A stretch of 47,831 nucleotides of DNA from an uncultured Zetaproteobacteria bacterium (GTDB taxonomy: Bacteria > Pseudomonadota > Zetaproteobacteria > Mariprofundales > Mariprofundaceae): the NCBI GenBank assembly GCA_964437065.1, contig CAYTFI010000002.1:1-47831 (forward strand), given 5' to 3'. The notes beneath the pieces are model-generated. The model made no database searches, was not told the origin of the DNA, and worked only from the letters and a program-made list of their open reading frames with translations. A program made the position numbers and the translations under genes. Shown here piece after piece: positions 1-8,748 of the stretch (positions are counted from its first letter, which is position 1; the number at the start of each line of letters is the position of its first letter).

Positions 1-420
1 GGCCTTGGCATGGGCACGTTCGCCCTGTTCTTGATGGCCGCAGGTCATTTGGGCGTGCCAAGGCGGCACTGGGATATCACCTATGCCGACGCGGCGCTGA
101 AATTTGATTTCTCCGCCACGGTGCATATGTTGATGACGGTCGCAGAAATCGGTGCGGCCATCGGCGGCGTCGGCGCGCTGTTCTACCTGATTTCAATGTT
201 TGGCACCTTCTTTGGCAAGGAAGTCGAGAAGGGCGCTGCGCAGCCGCTGGCTGAACCGGCCGGTCTGGTTGCGGCCAGGCTTCATGGCGGAGAAGAGCCG
301 CATATCAAGGGCCTGGAAGTGCCGGGCTCGCTGGTGCTTTGTCTGGTGCTGCTGACATTCCTCATTGTCTATTACTTCGCACAGTTCAAGTATCTGGCAA
401 CCATCTGGGGAATTCGCTAA
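1..420 (+). CDS. Heme-copper oxidoreductase subunit I, C-terminal fragment (5' truncated by window); probable eNOR-type nitric oxide reductase
   Basis: Frame is open from base 1. LGVPRRHWD matches the G(M/V)PRR motif of HCO subunit I loop XI-XII, followed by TM helices. Followed by SCO and CtaA. The active-site helices lie outside the window, so the NOR versus O2-reductase call rests on context. Confidence 0.7.
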   Translation, partial: GLGMGTFALFLMAAGHLGVPRRHWDITYADAALKFDFSATVHMLMTVAEIGAAIGGVGALFYLISMFGTFFGKEVEKGAAQPLAEPAGLVAARLHGGEEPHIKGLEVPGSLVLCLVLLTFLIVYYFAQFKYLATIWGIR

Positions 421-423
421 CGG

Positions 424-495
424 CTGCGAGGCGTATCACAGTATTCATTTCCGAACTACCCTTCCCCTTCCGTAGTTCGTGGATGCGCCTCGCAG
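424..495 (+). other. Long imperfect intergenic hairpin (possible mRNA stabiliser/terminator)
   Basis: CTGCGAGGCGTATC (424-437) pairs with GATGCGCCTCGCAG (482-495); inner stem CGAACTAC/GTAGTTCG; T-rich tract follows. Confidence 0.45.
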
Positions 496-521
496 TTTTA
501 TCTCTTTCAGTATTGAGTGAG

Positions 522-543
522 AGGAGTCCCGCAAGGGGCTCCT
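522..543 (+). terminator. Stem-loop with GCAA tetraloop
   Basis: AGGAGTCCC-GCAA-GGGGCTCCT; only a weak U tail. Confidence 0.35.
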
Positions 544-586
544 TCAGGTTTAATCTTCATGACCCCGTAAACGGCAGTTGTCATTG

Positions 587-1456
587 ATGGTCTGGATACG
601 TAGCGGCATTTCAGGGTTGGCGTGGCTGTTTTTGGCGGTGGCGGCCTGGGCGCAGACTGCGCCGCCGGCTGACATGCATTCCGGTTCGGCTGCGCCGCCG
701 ATGCAACAGCGCTCAGGCGCCGGAATGAAGCCTTTCGGCGAAAGTTATGATAGTGATACGGCGTTGAAATTCAGCCAGGCGGCCATCGGACGAAAGCTGG
801 ATGGATATCAGTTCCGCGATCGCCGGGGGCGCGCCGTTTCACTGGCCGATTATCGCGGCAAGCCATTGATGATCAGCATGATTTACACCAGTTGTTTCCA
901 TATCTGCCCGACGACGACAAAAAATTTGGCACGCGCCGTCGAGACCGTTCGCAGCGCCGTCGGCGCGGATGCCTTTCGCGTCGTCACCATCGGCTTTGAC
1001 GCCCTGCATGATACGCCGGAGCGGATGCGCGGCTTTGCGCGTCAGCAGGGCGTGAACAGCGCAAAGAACTGGACATTTCTGAGCGCCGACAAGGCTGTCA
1101 TCGCCCGGCTGAGCGCAGATATCGGATTTCTCTTTACGCCATCTTCCAAGGGCTTTGATCATCTGATTCAGACAACGATTGTCGATGGGAAGGGTGAAAT
1201 ATATCGCCAGATCTACGGCATGGAAGCAGACCCGGCCCTGCTCGCCGAGGCCATGAAGGAACTGGTTTTTGGCCTTGCCCCGGCGACGCTGAGCCTGTCA
1301 TCGCTGGTCAGCAGAGTGCGCCTGTTCTGCACCACCTATGACCCTTCCAGCGGCACATACAAGCTTAATTACGGCATGCTATTCGGCATGTTTATCGGCG
1401 TATTGATAGCGGCGGCCACAGGTATTCTTCTTGTCCGTTTTCTGCGCAATGCCTGA
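587..1456 (+). CDS. SCO1/SenC family copper chaperone with C-terminal membrane anchor
   Basis: Signal peptide, TSCFHICP (CxxxC), conserved His in GFDH, C-terminal CTTYDPSSGTY plus TM helix. Start could be TTG 578. Confidence 0.85.
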   Translation: MVWIRSGISGLAWLFLAVAAWAQTAPPADMHSGSAAPPMQQRSGAGMKPFGESYDSDTALKFSQAAIGRKLDGYQFRDRRGRAVSLADYRGKPLMISMIYTSCFHICPTTTKNLARAVETVRSAVGADAFRVVTIGFDALHDTPERMRGFARQQGVNSAKNWTFLSADKAVIARLSADIGFLFTPSSKGFDHLIQTTIVDGKGEIYRQIYGMEADPALLAEAMKELVFGLAPATLSLSSLVSRVRLFCTTYDPSSGTYKLNYGMLFGMFIGVLIAAATGILLVRFLRNA

Positions 1457-1530
1457 TATTGCGCGCTTCCCGGCGCTGCTGCCGGTTTATGCGCTGTTGC
1501 CGCAGAGAGATGAAACCTGCTCAATAGTCT

Positions 1531-3090
1531 GTGCCGGAACAGATGGCTGACAATATATTTTCACGCCTGAGCAGGGCGATATTTTTTCGCCTTGAGGCAT
1601 GGTTCAACGCCGCTTTCGGGGATCAGAACCCGTTTTATCATCTGGGCGATCTCGGCTTCTGGTTTTTTTATATTTTACTGGGCTCCGGCGCCTACCTGTT
1701 TTTCTATTATGAGCCGACTGTCATCGGCAGCTTCGACGCCCTGGAGCAGTTGTCGCGAGAGCAGTGGAATCCGGGTGGCGTCATGCGAAGCCTGCATCGC
1801 TATGCCGCCGATGGCATGGTGCTGGTTATGATCCTGCACATCCTTCGGGAGTGGGTGATGGGCCGCTTTCGCGGCGCGCGCTGGTTTTCCTGGGTGACTG
1901 GCGTGCCGCTGCTGATCATGGTTTATTTAAGCGGCATTATCGGCTTCTGGATGGTGTGGGACAAGCTGGGGCAGTTCATTGCCGTGCGCACCTCCGAATG
2001 GCTGGACGCGCTGCCTGTTTTCGCTTCGCCCATGGCGCGCAATTTCCTGCTTGAGGCGGACGTGACTGATCTGTTTTTCCGCTTGTTGATCATTATGCAT
2101 ATCGGCGTGCCGCTGATTCTGCTGGCTGTCATGTTGACGCATATTAAACGGGTCAGCCAGGCGCGAATAATGCCGCCGCGCGGGCTTGCAACGGGAACCA
2201 TGGCCGCAATGCTGCTGCTGTCGTTGCTGGCGCCGACGGTCAGCCATGAGCGCGCCAGTCTGGATATAGCCGTTAATGCCCTGAACATGGACTGGTTCTA
2301 TCTGTTCGCCTACCCGCTGATGAACGTCTGGCCGATGGCAGCAGTCTGGGCCTTGCTGGGCGGGGTAATTCTGTTGCTGCTGTTTTTACCCCTGTTGCCG
2401 CCGCGTCCGGGGCTAAAGCCGGCAGCGGCGGTGAATCCGGATTATTGCAGCGGCTGCGGCCTGTGCGCCGATGATTGTCCGTATGAGGCGATTTCCATGC
2501 GCCCGCGCAGCGATGCTCACCCCCTGTTCCGGCAGGAGGCCAGTGTGATTTCCGCCAACTGCGTCCGGTGCGGCATATGTACGGGCTCATGTCCGTCGTC
2601 CAATCCGTTTCGGCAAAGCGCCGGCGCGGCCCTGAGTCGGAAGCCATTATTGAAAAGCGGCATTGAGATGCCGCAATGGGGCGTCAATCAGTTGCGCAAC
2701 GAAGTCCGCCAATCGCTGGCCGGCATTGATGCCAGGCGCGGGATTCTGCTGCTCGGCTGCGCCTGCGGCGCCAACATTCAGGCGCATGGCGCAGATGATA
2801 TCGCCGCGATTGCACTGCCCTGTATCGGCATGCTGCCGCCGGCTTTTATCGAACATGCCCTGCTGCATGGCGCAGCCGGCGTGCTTCTGTCAGGCTGTCG
2901 CATGGGCGATTGCCACTATCGCCTGGGCGGGGCATGGCTCAGGGCGCGCCTGGACAGCGGGCGCAGGCCCTATCTGCGCCATTCGGTGGATCGTGATCGC
3001 ATTGGCTTTTGCTGGGCCGCGCCAACGGATCAACAGCAGTTGCATGAAGCCATTGACGCCATGCGGCGCCGGTTGTCGGACTTGTCATGA
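1531..3090 (+). CDS. Cytochrome b (b6-like) - 2x[4Fe-4S] ferredoxin - MvhD/FlpD-type [2Fe-2S] domain fusion
   Basis: Four heme-b His (SLHRY, LHILR, IMHIG, LTHIK); CSGCGLCADDCP and CVRCGICTGSCP; MvhD-like GCxCG / PCIGMLPP / GCRMGDCHY. Confidence 0.85.
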   Translation: MPEQMADNIFSRLSRAIFFRLEAWFNAAFGDQNPFYHLGDLGFWFFYILLGSGAYLFFYYEPTVIGSFDALEQLSREQWNPGGVMRSLHRYAADGMVLVMILHILREWVMGRFRGARWFSWVTGVPLLIMVYLSGIIGFWMVWDKLGQFIAVRTSEWLDALPVFASPMARNFLLEADVTDLFFRLLIIMHIGVPLILLAVMLTHIKRVSQARIMPPRGLATGTMAAMLLLSLLAPTVSHERASLDIAVNALNMDWFYLFAYPLMNVWPMAAVWALLGGVILLLLFLPLLPPRPGLKPAAAVNPDYCSGCGLCADDCPYEAISMRPRSDAHPLFRQEASVISANCVRCGICTGSCPSSNPFRQSAGAALSRKPLLKSGIEMPQWGVNQLRNEVRQSLAGIDARRGILLLGCACGANIQAHGADDIAAIALPCIGMLPPAFIEHALLHGAAGVLLSGCRMGDCHYRLGGAWLRARLDSGRRPYLRHSVDRDRIGFCWAAPTDQQQLHEAIDAMRRRLSDLS

Positions 3091-3241
3091 TATGCATGGC
3101 TTGATCAGCGCCGCCTGGCCCGACATAACCGGAAGCAGGAAAGATTGAGCCGCGAATAGCGCGGGTTGGCGCCTTTGCGGAGAAAATATCGGGTCATTTT
3201 GTATCAGATTTCACCGGCAACGGACTAAAGGAGAAGCGGGC

Positions 3242-4834
3242 TTGGCTGCAACAGGGCAACATCGCCGGAGTATTGTCTATCGCATGCTGAAAATCGCTCA
3301 GCATGGCGGCAGGCGAGGATTTCAGTTGGCCGAAGGCATCGCCAGCCGCGCCTTCGGAGCGGAAAACAACCCGTTTTATTATTTGGGCGCCCTGACCTTC
3401 TTTTTCCTCTATGTTCTCACCGTCAGCGGGATTTATGTGTATGCTTTCTATGATACGGAAGTCAGTCGCGCCTATGCCTCGGTAGAGTACCTTACGCGTG
3501 ATCAATGGTATCTGGGCGGCGTCATGCGCAGCCTGCATCGTTATGCTTCGGACGCCATGATAGTAACCATGACGCTGCATATGCTGCGACGCTTTTGCAA
3601 TGATCGCTATAATGGCGGGCGGTCATTTTCCTGGATCACCGGCATGCCCATGCTCTGGATCGTGATTATCACCGGCCTGCTGGGATACTGGCTGGTATGG
3701 GATCAGCTGGGGCAATTTATTGCCGAGCGCACGTTTGAATGGATTGACTGGCTGCCCGTCATCGCCGAGCCGACGGCGCGCAATTTCCTGACCAATGACA
3801 ACATGACCGATACGCTGTTCCGCTTGCTGGTGGTGACGCATCTTGGCCTGCCGCTGTTGCTGCTGGCCGCCATGCTGATTCATATCAACCGATTGCATCA
3901 TCCCAGGGTGAATCCTCCCCGGCAACTGGCAATAGGCGCCTTGCTGGCGCTGCTGGCGCTTTCCGCTGTCAAGCCGGCGCTGAGCCACGCGCCGGCCGAT
4001 CTGGGCATGGCGCCCAATGTGTTGAATTTTGACTGGTTTTATATGGGCGTCTTCGCGCTGATGGGATCGTGGTCGATGGCGACGGTATGGGCGATCGTTG
4101 GCGGCGGCACCCTTTTTGCCCTGCTGTTGCCATGGCTGCCCCCCAAGCGGCGCGAGCCGGCGGCTGTGGTGGACTTGAGCGCATGCAGCGGTTGCAATCT
4201 GTGCGTGCAGGATTGCCCGTATGAGGCCATCCGGCTTGAGCCCCGTTCAGATGGTCATCCTCGCTTTACCCAGGAGGCCCGCGTGATCGAAAGCAAATGC
4301 GTCAGTTGCGGCATATGCACCGGCTCCTGCCCGTTCTCCACGCCCTTCAGGCGCACTGAAAAACTGGCGTCGGCGATTGAAATGCCGCACTTTGGCGTTC
4401 AGAAGATGCGCGATGACGTTGTCGAGGCCATCGGACAGTTGTCAGGCGGAGAGAAAATATTCGTATTTGCCTGCTCGCACGGCGCAGGCAAGCATATTTC
4501 ACGCCTGAACAGGTCGGGGGCGGCTGGAATCAATGTCGAGTGTTCAGGCATGTTGCCGCCCGCGTTTATTGATTATGCCCTGCGCCGGGGCGCAGACGGC
4601 GTTCTGCTCACGGGCTGTCGCTGCGGGGATTGCTATCATCGTCTGGGCAATATGTTCACCGGGCAGCGCCTGAACAGGCAGCGCAAGCCGGAGTTGTCGC
4701 GCAGGGTTGCGCCGGAACGCGTCAGGTTTTTCATGGGGGCGGAGGCGGACAAGGCGAAGTTGCATGATGAGATTCAGGCGTTTCAGGGCGCTCTTGCGGC
4801 TTTACATGGCGATGGCGAGACTCGCCATGACTGA
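3242..4834 (+). CDS. Cytochrome b - ferredoxin - MvhD-type fusion, paralogue of 1531..3090
   Basis: AAGGAG RBS before TTG; SLHRY, LHMLR, VTHLG, LIHIN; CSGCNLCVQDCP, CVSCGICTGSCP; ECSGMLPP, GCRCGDCYH. Confidence 0.85.
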   Translation: MAATGQHRRSIVYRMLKIAQHGGRRGFQLAEGIASRAFGAENNPFYYLGALTFFFLYVLTVSGIYVYAFYDTEVSRAYASVEYLTRDQWYLGGVMRSLHRYASDAMIVTMTLHMLRRFCNDRYNGGRSFSWITGMPMLWIVIITGLLGYWLVWDQLGQFIAERTFEWIDWLPVIAEPTARNFLTNDNMTDTLFRLLVVTHLGLPLLLLAAMLIHINRLHHPRVNPPRQLAIGALLALLALSAVKPALSHAPADLGMAPNVLNFDWFYMGVFALMGSWSMATVWAIVGGGTLFALLLPWLPPKRREPAAVVDLSACSGCNLCVQDCPYEAIRLEPRSDGHPRFTQEARVIESKCVSCGICTGSCPFSTPFRRTEKLASAIEMPHFGVQKMRDDVVEAIGQLSGGEKIFVFACSHGAGKHISRLNRSGAAGINVECSGMLPPAFIDYALRRGADGVLLTGCRCGDCYHRLGNMFTGQRLNRQRKPELSRRVAPERVRFFMGAEADKAKLHDEIQAFQGALAALHGDGETRHD

Positions 4835-4841
4835 TTTGTGT

Positions 4842-4935
4842 CATGTTAACGCGCATGGATTTTTCCGCCCCGTGATATGAAACAATATCACAGAGCGGAA
4901 AATTCCATGCAGGCGCGTTGTTTGTTTCATGTTAA
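4842..4935. repeat. TTAA-bounded palindromic intergenic repeat (family B), copy 1
   Basis: Reverse complement reads TTAACATGAAACAAACAACGCGCCTGCATG...GGAAAAATCCATGCGCGTTAA; ends match copies at 33472 and 34370. Confidence 0.8.
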
Positions 4936-4953
4936 TCAGGGAGGTGACAAAAC

Positions 4954-5457
4954 ATGAATACTCTGGGACGCTACTTTGGCCAGGCCGTGGCTTATCTGTT
5001 GTTCATCGCCTTTATCGGCTATTTTTCCACTTCGCCGGCTTATACGCATGTGCCGGCTGACAAGGCGCTGATCAAGTTCACATTCACTCATGCCGGCAAG
5101 CGGATCAAGCCGGTGCATGATATGCGCAGCAAGGCCGATATGGCCAAATTGCCGCCGCAATTGCGCGCTAAAAAGCATTCAAGAGAGCGTGCATCGCTGG
5201 ATATTGAATTCGAGATGGACGGACGGATGCTGTTTCAGGCAAAAGTGCCGCCGCGCGGACTGGCGCATGATTTGCCGTCGCCGGTCTATGAGCGTTTTCT
5301 CGTGGCTGCCGGAGAGCACAATTTTCGCGTGCGCATGAGGGATGATATCCATGTGCAAGGGTTTAATTATCATGGCGAGAAGAGCGTCACGCTGGCCCCC
5401 CTGCAAACCATGGTTATTGATTTTGATAATATCCGTAAAAAGTTTATTTTCGAATAG
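4954..5457 (+). CDS. Membrane-anchored periplasmic hypothetical protein in the HCO operon
   Basis: GGAGGT RBS; one N-terminal TM helix followed by a beta-rich soluble domain; next gene starts after a 2-nt gap. Confidence 0.75.
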   Translation: MNTLGRYFGQAVAYLLFIAFIGYFSTSPAYTHVPADKALIKFTFTHAGKRIKPVHDMRSKADMAKLPPQLRAKKHSRERASLDIEFEMDGRMLFQAKVPPRGLAHDLPSPVYERFLVAAGEHNFRVRMRDDIHVQGFNYHGEKSVTLAPLQTMVIDFDNIRKKFIFE

Positions 5458-5459
5458 TT

Positions 5460-6827
5460 ATGCCTGATCGGGGTGACTACCGGTTTTATGCCCCCGGGCG
5501 GCGTTGTCGGGATCTGGCCGGGGGCTGGCTAAAGCTGGGCGTGGCGACGCTTCTGACCGCCGGGGTTTACGCCGCGCTGTTGGCCGTGGCGCGTACGCCT
5601 GTGCTCAAGGATCTGGTTCCAAGCGATGATTTCTTTTACACATCGCTTGTCATTCATGTTATTTTTTCCAATGTCTTCTGGTTTCTGGCCATGGCAGGGG
5701 TGCTGTGGAGCCTGAATGCCGGCGATCGCCTGTTGCCGCTGGGTCGGGCCGCACTGTCCGTCGCCTGCATCGGCGTCGCGGTGATTGCCCTGTCGCCATT
5801 CATGGGCGCAGGCGATGCGGTGATGAGCAACTATATTCCCTTTCTTGACAGCCCGATATTTTTTGCCGGGCTTGCCATCTCCGGCAGCGGCTTCGCCCTG
5901 CTTGTTTTGCGTTCGGTAATTGCAGCGCCGGGGCTTGCTGCGAACAGCCCGGAGGGCTGCATGAGGTTCGGGGCGTATGCAGCCGCCAACGCGGCCTTAA
6001 TGGCCATTCTGGCCTATTTCTGGGCGTTTTTCACTACGCCCGGATTTACTTCCGATGTGGATATGTATCAGGGCCTGTTCTGGCTTGGCGGTCATGTGTT
6101 GCAGTTTACCCACGCCCTGCTGATGCTGGTTGCATGGATTTGGCTGGCAAGCGCCAGTGGCGTACGAATGAAACTGACGCCCCGAACGGCGATGTTGCTG
6201 TTCACACTGGCCCTGCTTACCGTCGCCTTTACGCCCGTCGCCTTTCTGTCGCATAACATGACGTCCATTGCTTTTCAGCGATGGTTCACTATGCAAATGC
6301 AGATCGGCGGCGCTGTCGCCACGCTGCCGCTCGGCCTGGCTGTGCTGGTTAGCCTGTTTCGGTCAGGTCGGGCGGCGCCTGAAGCCCGGGCGTTGCGCAT
6401 CGCCCTGCTGCTTTCCATGTTGCTGTTCGCCCTGGGCGGCGCGTTAGGCTTTATGTTGCGCCAGAGCAGCACGCTGGTAACGGCCCACTATCACAGCGTC
6501 ACAGGCGCCGTTACGCTGGCCTTTATGGCCCTTGCCTATGATCTGCTGCCGCATCTCGGTTTTAAGCCTGCGCCGCCTCGTCAGGCCAGCTTGCAGGCGT
6601 ATGCCTATGGCATCGGCCAGTTGCTGCATGTGCTGGGACTGGCCTGGGCCGGCGGTTACGGCATGGCGCGCAAGGTTGCCGGCAGCGGCCAGTCGCTGGA
6701 TAATATGGCGCAGACTCTGGGCATGTCCCTGATGGGCCTTGGCGGCCTGATCGCCACCATTGGCGGCATTTTGTTTCTAATCATCGTGATCAACGCCATG
6801 CGCGGCAGTCAATTCGGCAGCGCTTAA
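5460..6827 (+). CDS. Heme-copper oxidase subunit I-like membrane protein (degenerate)
   Basis: About 12 TM helices; His in LVIHV (helix II), GGHVLQF (helix VI) and TAHYHSVTG (helix X HxH); GMARK in place of GMPRR; no helix VII HH pair. Confidence 0.7.
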   Translation: MPDRGDYRFYAPGRRCRDLAGGWLKLGVATLLTAGVYAALLAVARTPVLKDLVPSDDFFYTSLVIHVIFSNVFWFLAMAGVLWSLNAGDRLLPLGRAALSVACIGVAVIALSPFMGAGDAVMSNYIPFLDSPIFFAGLAISGSGFALLVLRSVIAAPGLAANSPEGCMRFGAYAAANAALMAILAYFWAFFTTPGFTSDVDMYQGLFWLGGHVLQFTHALLMLVAWIWLASASGVRMKLTPRTAMLLFTLALLTVAFTPVAFLSHNMTSIAFQRWFTMQMQIGGAVATLPLGLAVLVSLFRSGRAAPEARALRIALLLSMLLFALGGALGFMLRQSSTLVTAHYHSVTGAVTLAFMALAYDLLPHLGFKPAPPRQASLQAYAYGIGQLLHVLGLAWAGGYGMARKVAGSGQSLDNMAQTLGMSLMGLGGLIATIGGILFLIIVINAMRGSQFGSA

Positions 6828-7799
6828 GTGATGCATCCCCGCTTGATCATCGCCGCCCTGATAATGTGCCTCGCCCTGATTGGCGCCAGCTCCTTCATGC
6901 ACTTGGGCAATACGGGCGCGGGCGGCGATGCCTATGGCGTCATTGCCGCTCCCCCGGAGGCCGGCGATGCCGTGACGGCAAGGCAGGCCATATTGCCGCA
7001 CGGCATCGCCGAACGCGTTCACCGGGGCGTTGCCAATGTGCTGCAATTACTCATCATCGCTGTGGCGCTCACGGCTTTTGTTAAGCGCAGACAGGCCGAT
7101 CATCCGCCGCTTTTTGCGCCCATGGCGGCGCTGGCGATTTCATTGATGCTGGCCTTCCTTGGCGCATGGTTCGGCTCTCCCCTGCGTTACCCCTGGATTG
7201 TGGTGACAAATCTCACAGGGGGATTTGCCCTGCTGGCGCTGTTCTGGTGGCTGACGCTGGATATGTTCGCCGTATCGGAAGGCGAAGTCAGGGGCGGCGG
7301 GATCAGAGTTCCGGCTGTTGCGGCTTTGCTGACGTTAATGCTGGCTATCCTGTCGGGTGCGTGGACCGACGCCTATTATGCCGCGCTGGCATGTCCTGGC
7401 CTGCCGGATTGTCAGGGGCAGTGGTTGCCGGGGTTGAAATTGTGGCCGGGGCTGTTGATGCCGGGCGTTCTCGATGTTGATGCGCACGGCAAGGTGGTCA
7501 TTGATCAGGCTGTGGCGGCAGACATCCATATCGCACACCGCATTTGCGCTCTGGCGGCTCTTTTGGCAATCATCCGGGCCGGCGTCAGGGCATGGCGTCA
7601 GGGCGGGCGTATTCGCGTCGCCGGCGCGGCGTCGATGGTTTTTGCATCGTTTCAGTTTGCTCTTGGCGTTGGCTTGGTGTTAAGCGGCATGTCCATGATG
7701 GCGGCTACGGCGCACAGTCTTGTGGCTGCGCTGCTTGTTATCAGCCTGCTCGCGCTCATCCACCGCCGTTTCCTGGGTTGCGCCCGGCTGCATCAGTAA
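6828..7799 (+). CDS. ctaA: COX15/CtaA family heme A synthase (variant)
   Basis: ERVHR, IHIAHR and TAHSL motifs; Cys loop ACPGLPDCQG; about 8 TM helices. Confidence 0.75.
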   Translation: MMHPRLIIAALIMCLALIGASSFMHLGNTGAGGDAYGVIAAPPEAGDAVTARQAILPHGIAERVHRGVANVLQLLIIAVALTAFVKRRQADHPPLFAPMAALAISLMLAFLGAWFGSPLRYPWIVVTNLTGGFALLALFWWLTLDMFAVSEGEVRGGGIRVPAVAALLTLMLAILSGAWTDAYYAALACPGLPDCQGQWLPGLKLWPGLLMPGVLDVDAHGKVVIDQAVAADIHIAHRICALAALLAIIRAGVRAWRQGGRIRVAGAASMVFASFQFALGVGLVLSGMSMMAATAHSLVAALLVISLLALIHRRFLGCARLHQ

Positions 7800-8476
7800 T
7801 AGTTGCGTAATTTCTCGATGTCCAGAATGCGGATGGTTTTTCCTTCCATCTGAATCAGGTTCTTGTCGTTGAGTTGATGCAGAATCCTTGACAGGGTTTC
7901 CGGCGCCATATTCAGATGCAGTGCTATGGTCGCCTTGTTTGCCGGCAGGACAATGTTTCTTTTGCTGTATCTGGCGCCTTCAGGCTGCAATTGCTGAAGC
8001 AGATAGCCGACCACCCGCTGCTGGCTGGAATCCAGGGTAAGCGATTCCATCTCTGCAATCTGCTGGTGTATGCGACGGCTCAGGCCGGCAAGCATCTTGT
8101 GCGCGCAGTCGGGGTCTTCGTCGATGCAATAAAAGAGCACCTTTTTCGGGATGAAAAGGAGTTTGGCAGGCGTAATGGTTTGCACCGTCGCCGGGGATGG
8201 TTTGTCCAGGAACAACAGGGCCTCGCCGAAGCTCTGGCCGGGGCCGACAATTCTGCCCACATGTTCTTTTCCTTCCTTTGAAATAAAGGAAATTTTTATG
8301 TTTCCACGGATGGTAATGTAAAAGCCCCGGCACGAGTCGCCCTTATGAAAAATAAAGACTTTTTTTCCCAGGTCTATGAAGTGCGACTGTTCAGCGATGA
8401 GTTTGAGTTTGGATTCACGCATGCCGTTGAATAGAGGTATGGTTTTCAACATCTGGATTGTCAGATCCTCGGACAT
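7793..8476 (-). CDS. Crp/Fnr family transcriptional regulator, DNR/NnrR-like
   Basis: cNMP-like domain (GQSFGEA) and HTH with ETLSR recognition helix; no N-terminal FNR Cys cluster; AGGAG RBS before ATG 8476. Confidence 0.9.
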   Translation of the reverse strand: MSEDLTIQMLKTIPLFNGMRESKLKLIAEQSHFIDLGKKVFIFHKGDSCRGFYITIRGNIKISFISKEGKEHVGRIVGPGQSFGEALLFLDKPSPATVQTITPAKLLFIPKKVLFYCIDEDPDCAHKMLAGLSRRIHQQIAEMESLTLDSSQQRVVGYLLQQLQPEGARYSKRNIVLPANKATIALHLNMAPETLSRILHQLNDKNLIQMEGKTIRILDIEKLRNYY

Positions 8477-8505
8477 TTGCTCTCCTGTAGGTTTAACATG
8501 CAACG

Positions 8506-8548
8506 TGAGCAGCTACGGACACTTTTTCTAGGGGTGCTGGGTTGTTAC
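8506..8548. repeat. Partial copy of repeat family A
   Basis: TGAGCAGCTACGGAC...GGGTGCTGGGTTGTTAC resembles the right end of the element at 20218-20369. Confidence 0.55.
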
Positions 8549-8656
8549 CAGCAACAAATCCATGCGCGATAGCCTGGTCGCCATTCCAGCCCTGCTGAGC
8601 AGTTGCGTCATGCAAGCGAATACCAATATGTTTGACCTGTTGATGCAAGCGTTTTC

Positions 8657-8688
8657 TTGATTGATGTCAATTTGTTGATCAATGTCAA
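8657..8688. promoter_or_regulatory. Two tandem FNR/DNR boxes between divergent dnr-like and hemerythrin genes
   Basis: TTGATTGATGTCAA (8657-8670) and TTGATCAATGTCAA (8675-8688); each has one mismatch to TTGAT-N4-ATCAA. Confidence 0.8.
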
Positions 8689-8748
8689 TGCATGAGAAGA
8701 GGCCGCCAACCCAGACTTGCCGGATTGCTGCTAAGGGAGGCGATATGT

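Noticed and set aside
10-420. Treating the 136-aa ORF as a complete small protein
   Set aside because: The frame is open to base 1 and the sequence matches the C-terminal part of an HCO subunit I.
1531-4834. Hydrogenase or heterodisulfide reductase operon
   Set aside because: Only the MvhD-like domain is present; there is no NiFe large subunit or HdrABC in the window.
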